NCBI GenBank assembly: GCA_038199095.1
Contig: JBBPZG010000108.1
Location: forward strand, 1-24,340
DNA from: Candidatus Saccharimonadales bacterium
GTDB lineage: Bacteria; Patescibacteriota; Saccharimonadia; Saccharimonadales; UBA4665
Length of the DNA: 24,340 nt
Direction: 5' to 3'
Shown here: one piece after another, positions 24,066-24,340 of the stretch
Position numbering within the stretch: the first letter of the stretch is position 1
Layout of the letters: each line of letters begins with the position of its first letter
Translations under genes and position numbers: made by a program
Notes under the pieces: generated by a model
The model's input: only the letters and a program-made list of their open reading frames with translations
What the model was told of the DNA's origin: nothing
Database searches by the model: none

Positions 24066-24118
24066 AATTGTATATAATAACAGAGGTCTAATATTTATCA
24101 ACTAACCCTCGTGTGATA

Positions 24119-24150
24119 CTGTTCGAAAATCCGACTCTATAGCCCGCCAA
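24119..24150 (+). repeat. Junction R10 (type B)
   Basis: CTGTTCGAAAATCCGACTCTATAGCCCGCCAA. Confidence 0.9.
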
Positions 24151-24200
24151 GAGACTATACTCTTAAATCATAAAGTAAATTGTATTTTATAGGGTATTTA

Positions 24201-24334
24201 CCCGAATCACGAAACTCTACCCCAACGCATCGTCATCTCGAGCTAAGCCGAGAGATCTCGTTACCTCTGATGATATACTACGAGACTCCTCGGCTTCGCT
24301 CGGAATGACAGTGGTGGGAGTTTCGTGATTCGGG
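24201..24334. repeat. CGTC-type REP doublet inside a 17-bp perfect inverted repeat
   Basis: CCCGAATCACGAAACTC (24201-24217) / GAGTTTCGTGATTCGGG (24318-24334); inner CGTCATCTCGAGCTAAGCCGAGAGATCTC and inverted GAGACTCCTCGGCTTCGCTCGGAATGAC. Confidence 0.82.
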
Positions 24335-24340
24335 TCCCAC

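Larger units (their letters stand above)
18464..24150 (+). mobile_element. Putative tRNA-Asp-anchored gene-cassette array
   Basis: 10 related junction repeats ending in the tRNA 3' sequence separate mostly single, unrelated, AT-rich ORFs. Confidence 0.7.

Noticed and set aside
18761-24150. CRISPR array interpretation of the junction repeats
   Set aside because: Spacers are 40-1250 bp and contain whole genes, the repeats are variable in the middle, and no cas genes are present.
18761-24150. Classical integron attC sites
   Set aside because: There is no RYYYAAC...GTTRRRY pair and no long bottom-strand palindrome in most copies; only R3 folds. No IntI is visible.
18761-24150. Junctions as functional tRNA fragments or retroviral-type primer-binding sites
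   Set aside because: The T-stem is not preserved, identity with the tRNA is only about 7-9 nt at the 3' end plus GTTC, and no reverse transcriptase is in the window. It cannot be excluded, but it is unsupported.

Overview
The window looks like a Patescibacteria (CPR) chromosome, most likely Saccharibacteria. This is inferred from gene content and arrangement; TGA acts as a stop codon. Positions 1-13540 hold a type IV pilus locus: pilM-N-O, a small membrane protein, pilB-T-C, a major pilin, pilD and four minor pilins. Its intergenic spacers carry imperfect hairpins with 7-bp periodicity. A PemK/MazF-like toxin-antitoxin pair sits antisense between pilC and the pilin, bracketed by 38-bp inverted repeats. 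Positions 13760-18460 hold a Xer-like tyrosine recombinase, a cluster of CGTC-type palindromic repeats, ndk, a GIY-YIG nuclease inside perfect 31-bp inverted repeats, tRNA-Arg(CCT), a PH-domain protein, a SurA/PrsA-like foldase and tRNA-Asp(GTC). The most striking feature is 18464-24150, an AT-rich array of about 10 mostly single-gene units starting right at the tRNA-Asp 3' end. The units are separated by 10 related ~35-45 bp junctions (GTTC-N18/19-CCCGCCA) that end in the same bases as the tRNA's 3' end. Most units carry their own sigma70-like promoter for a leaderless mRNA, and several end with a stop codon inside the next junction. This resembles a tRNA-anchored, integron-like cassette array with no attC sites and no adjacent IntI.
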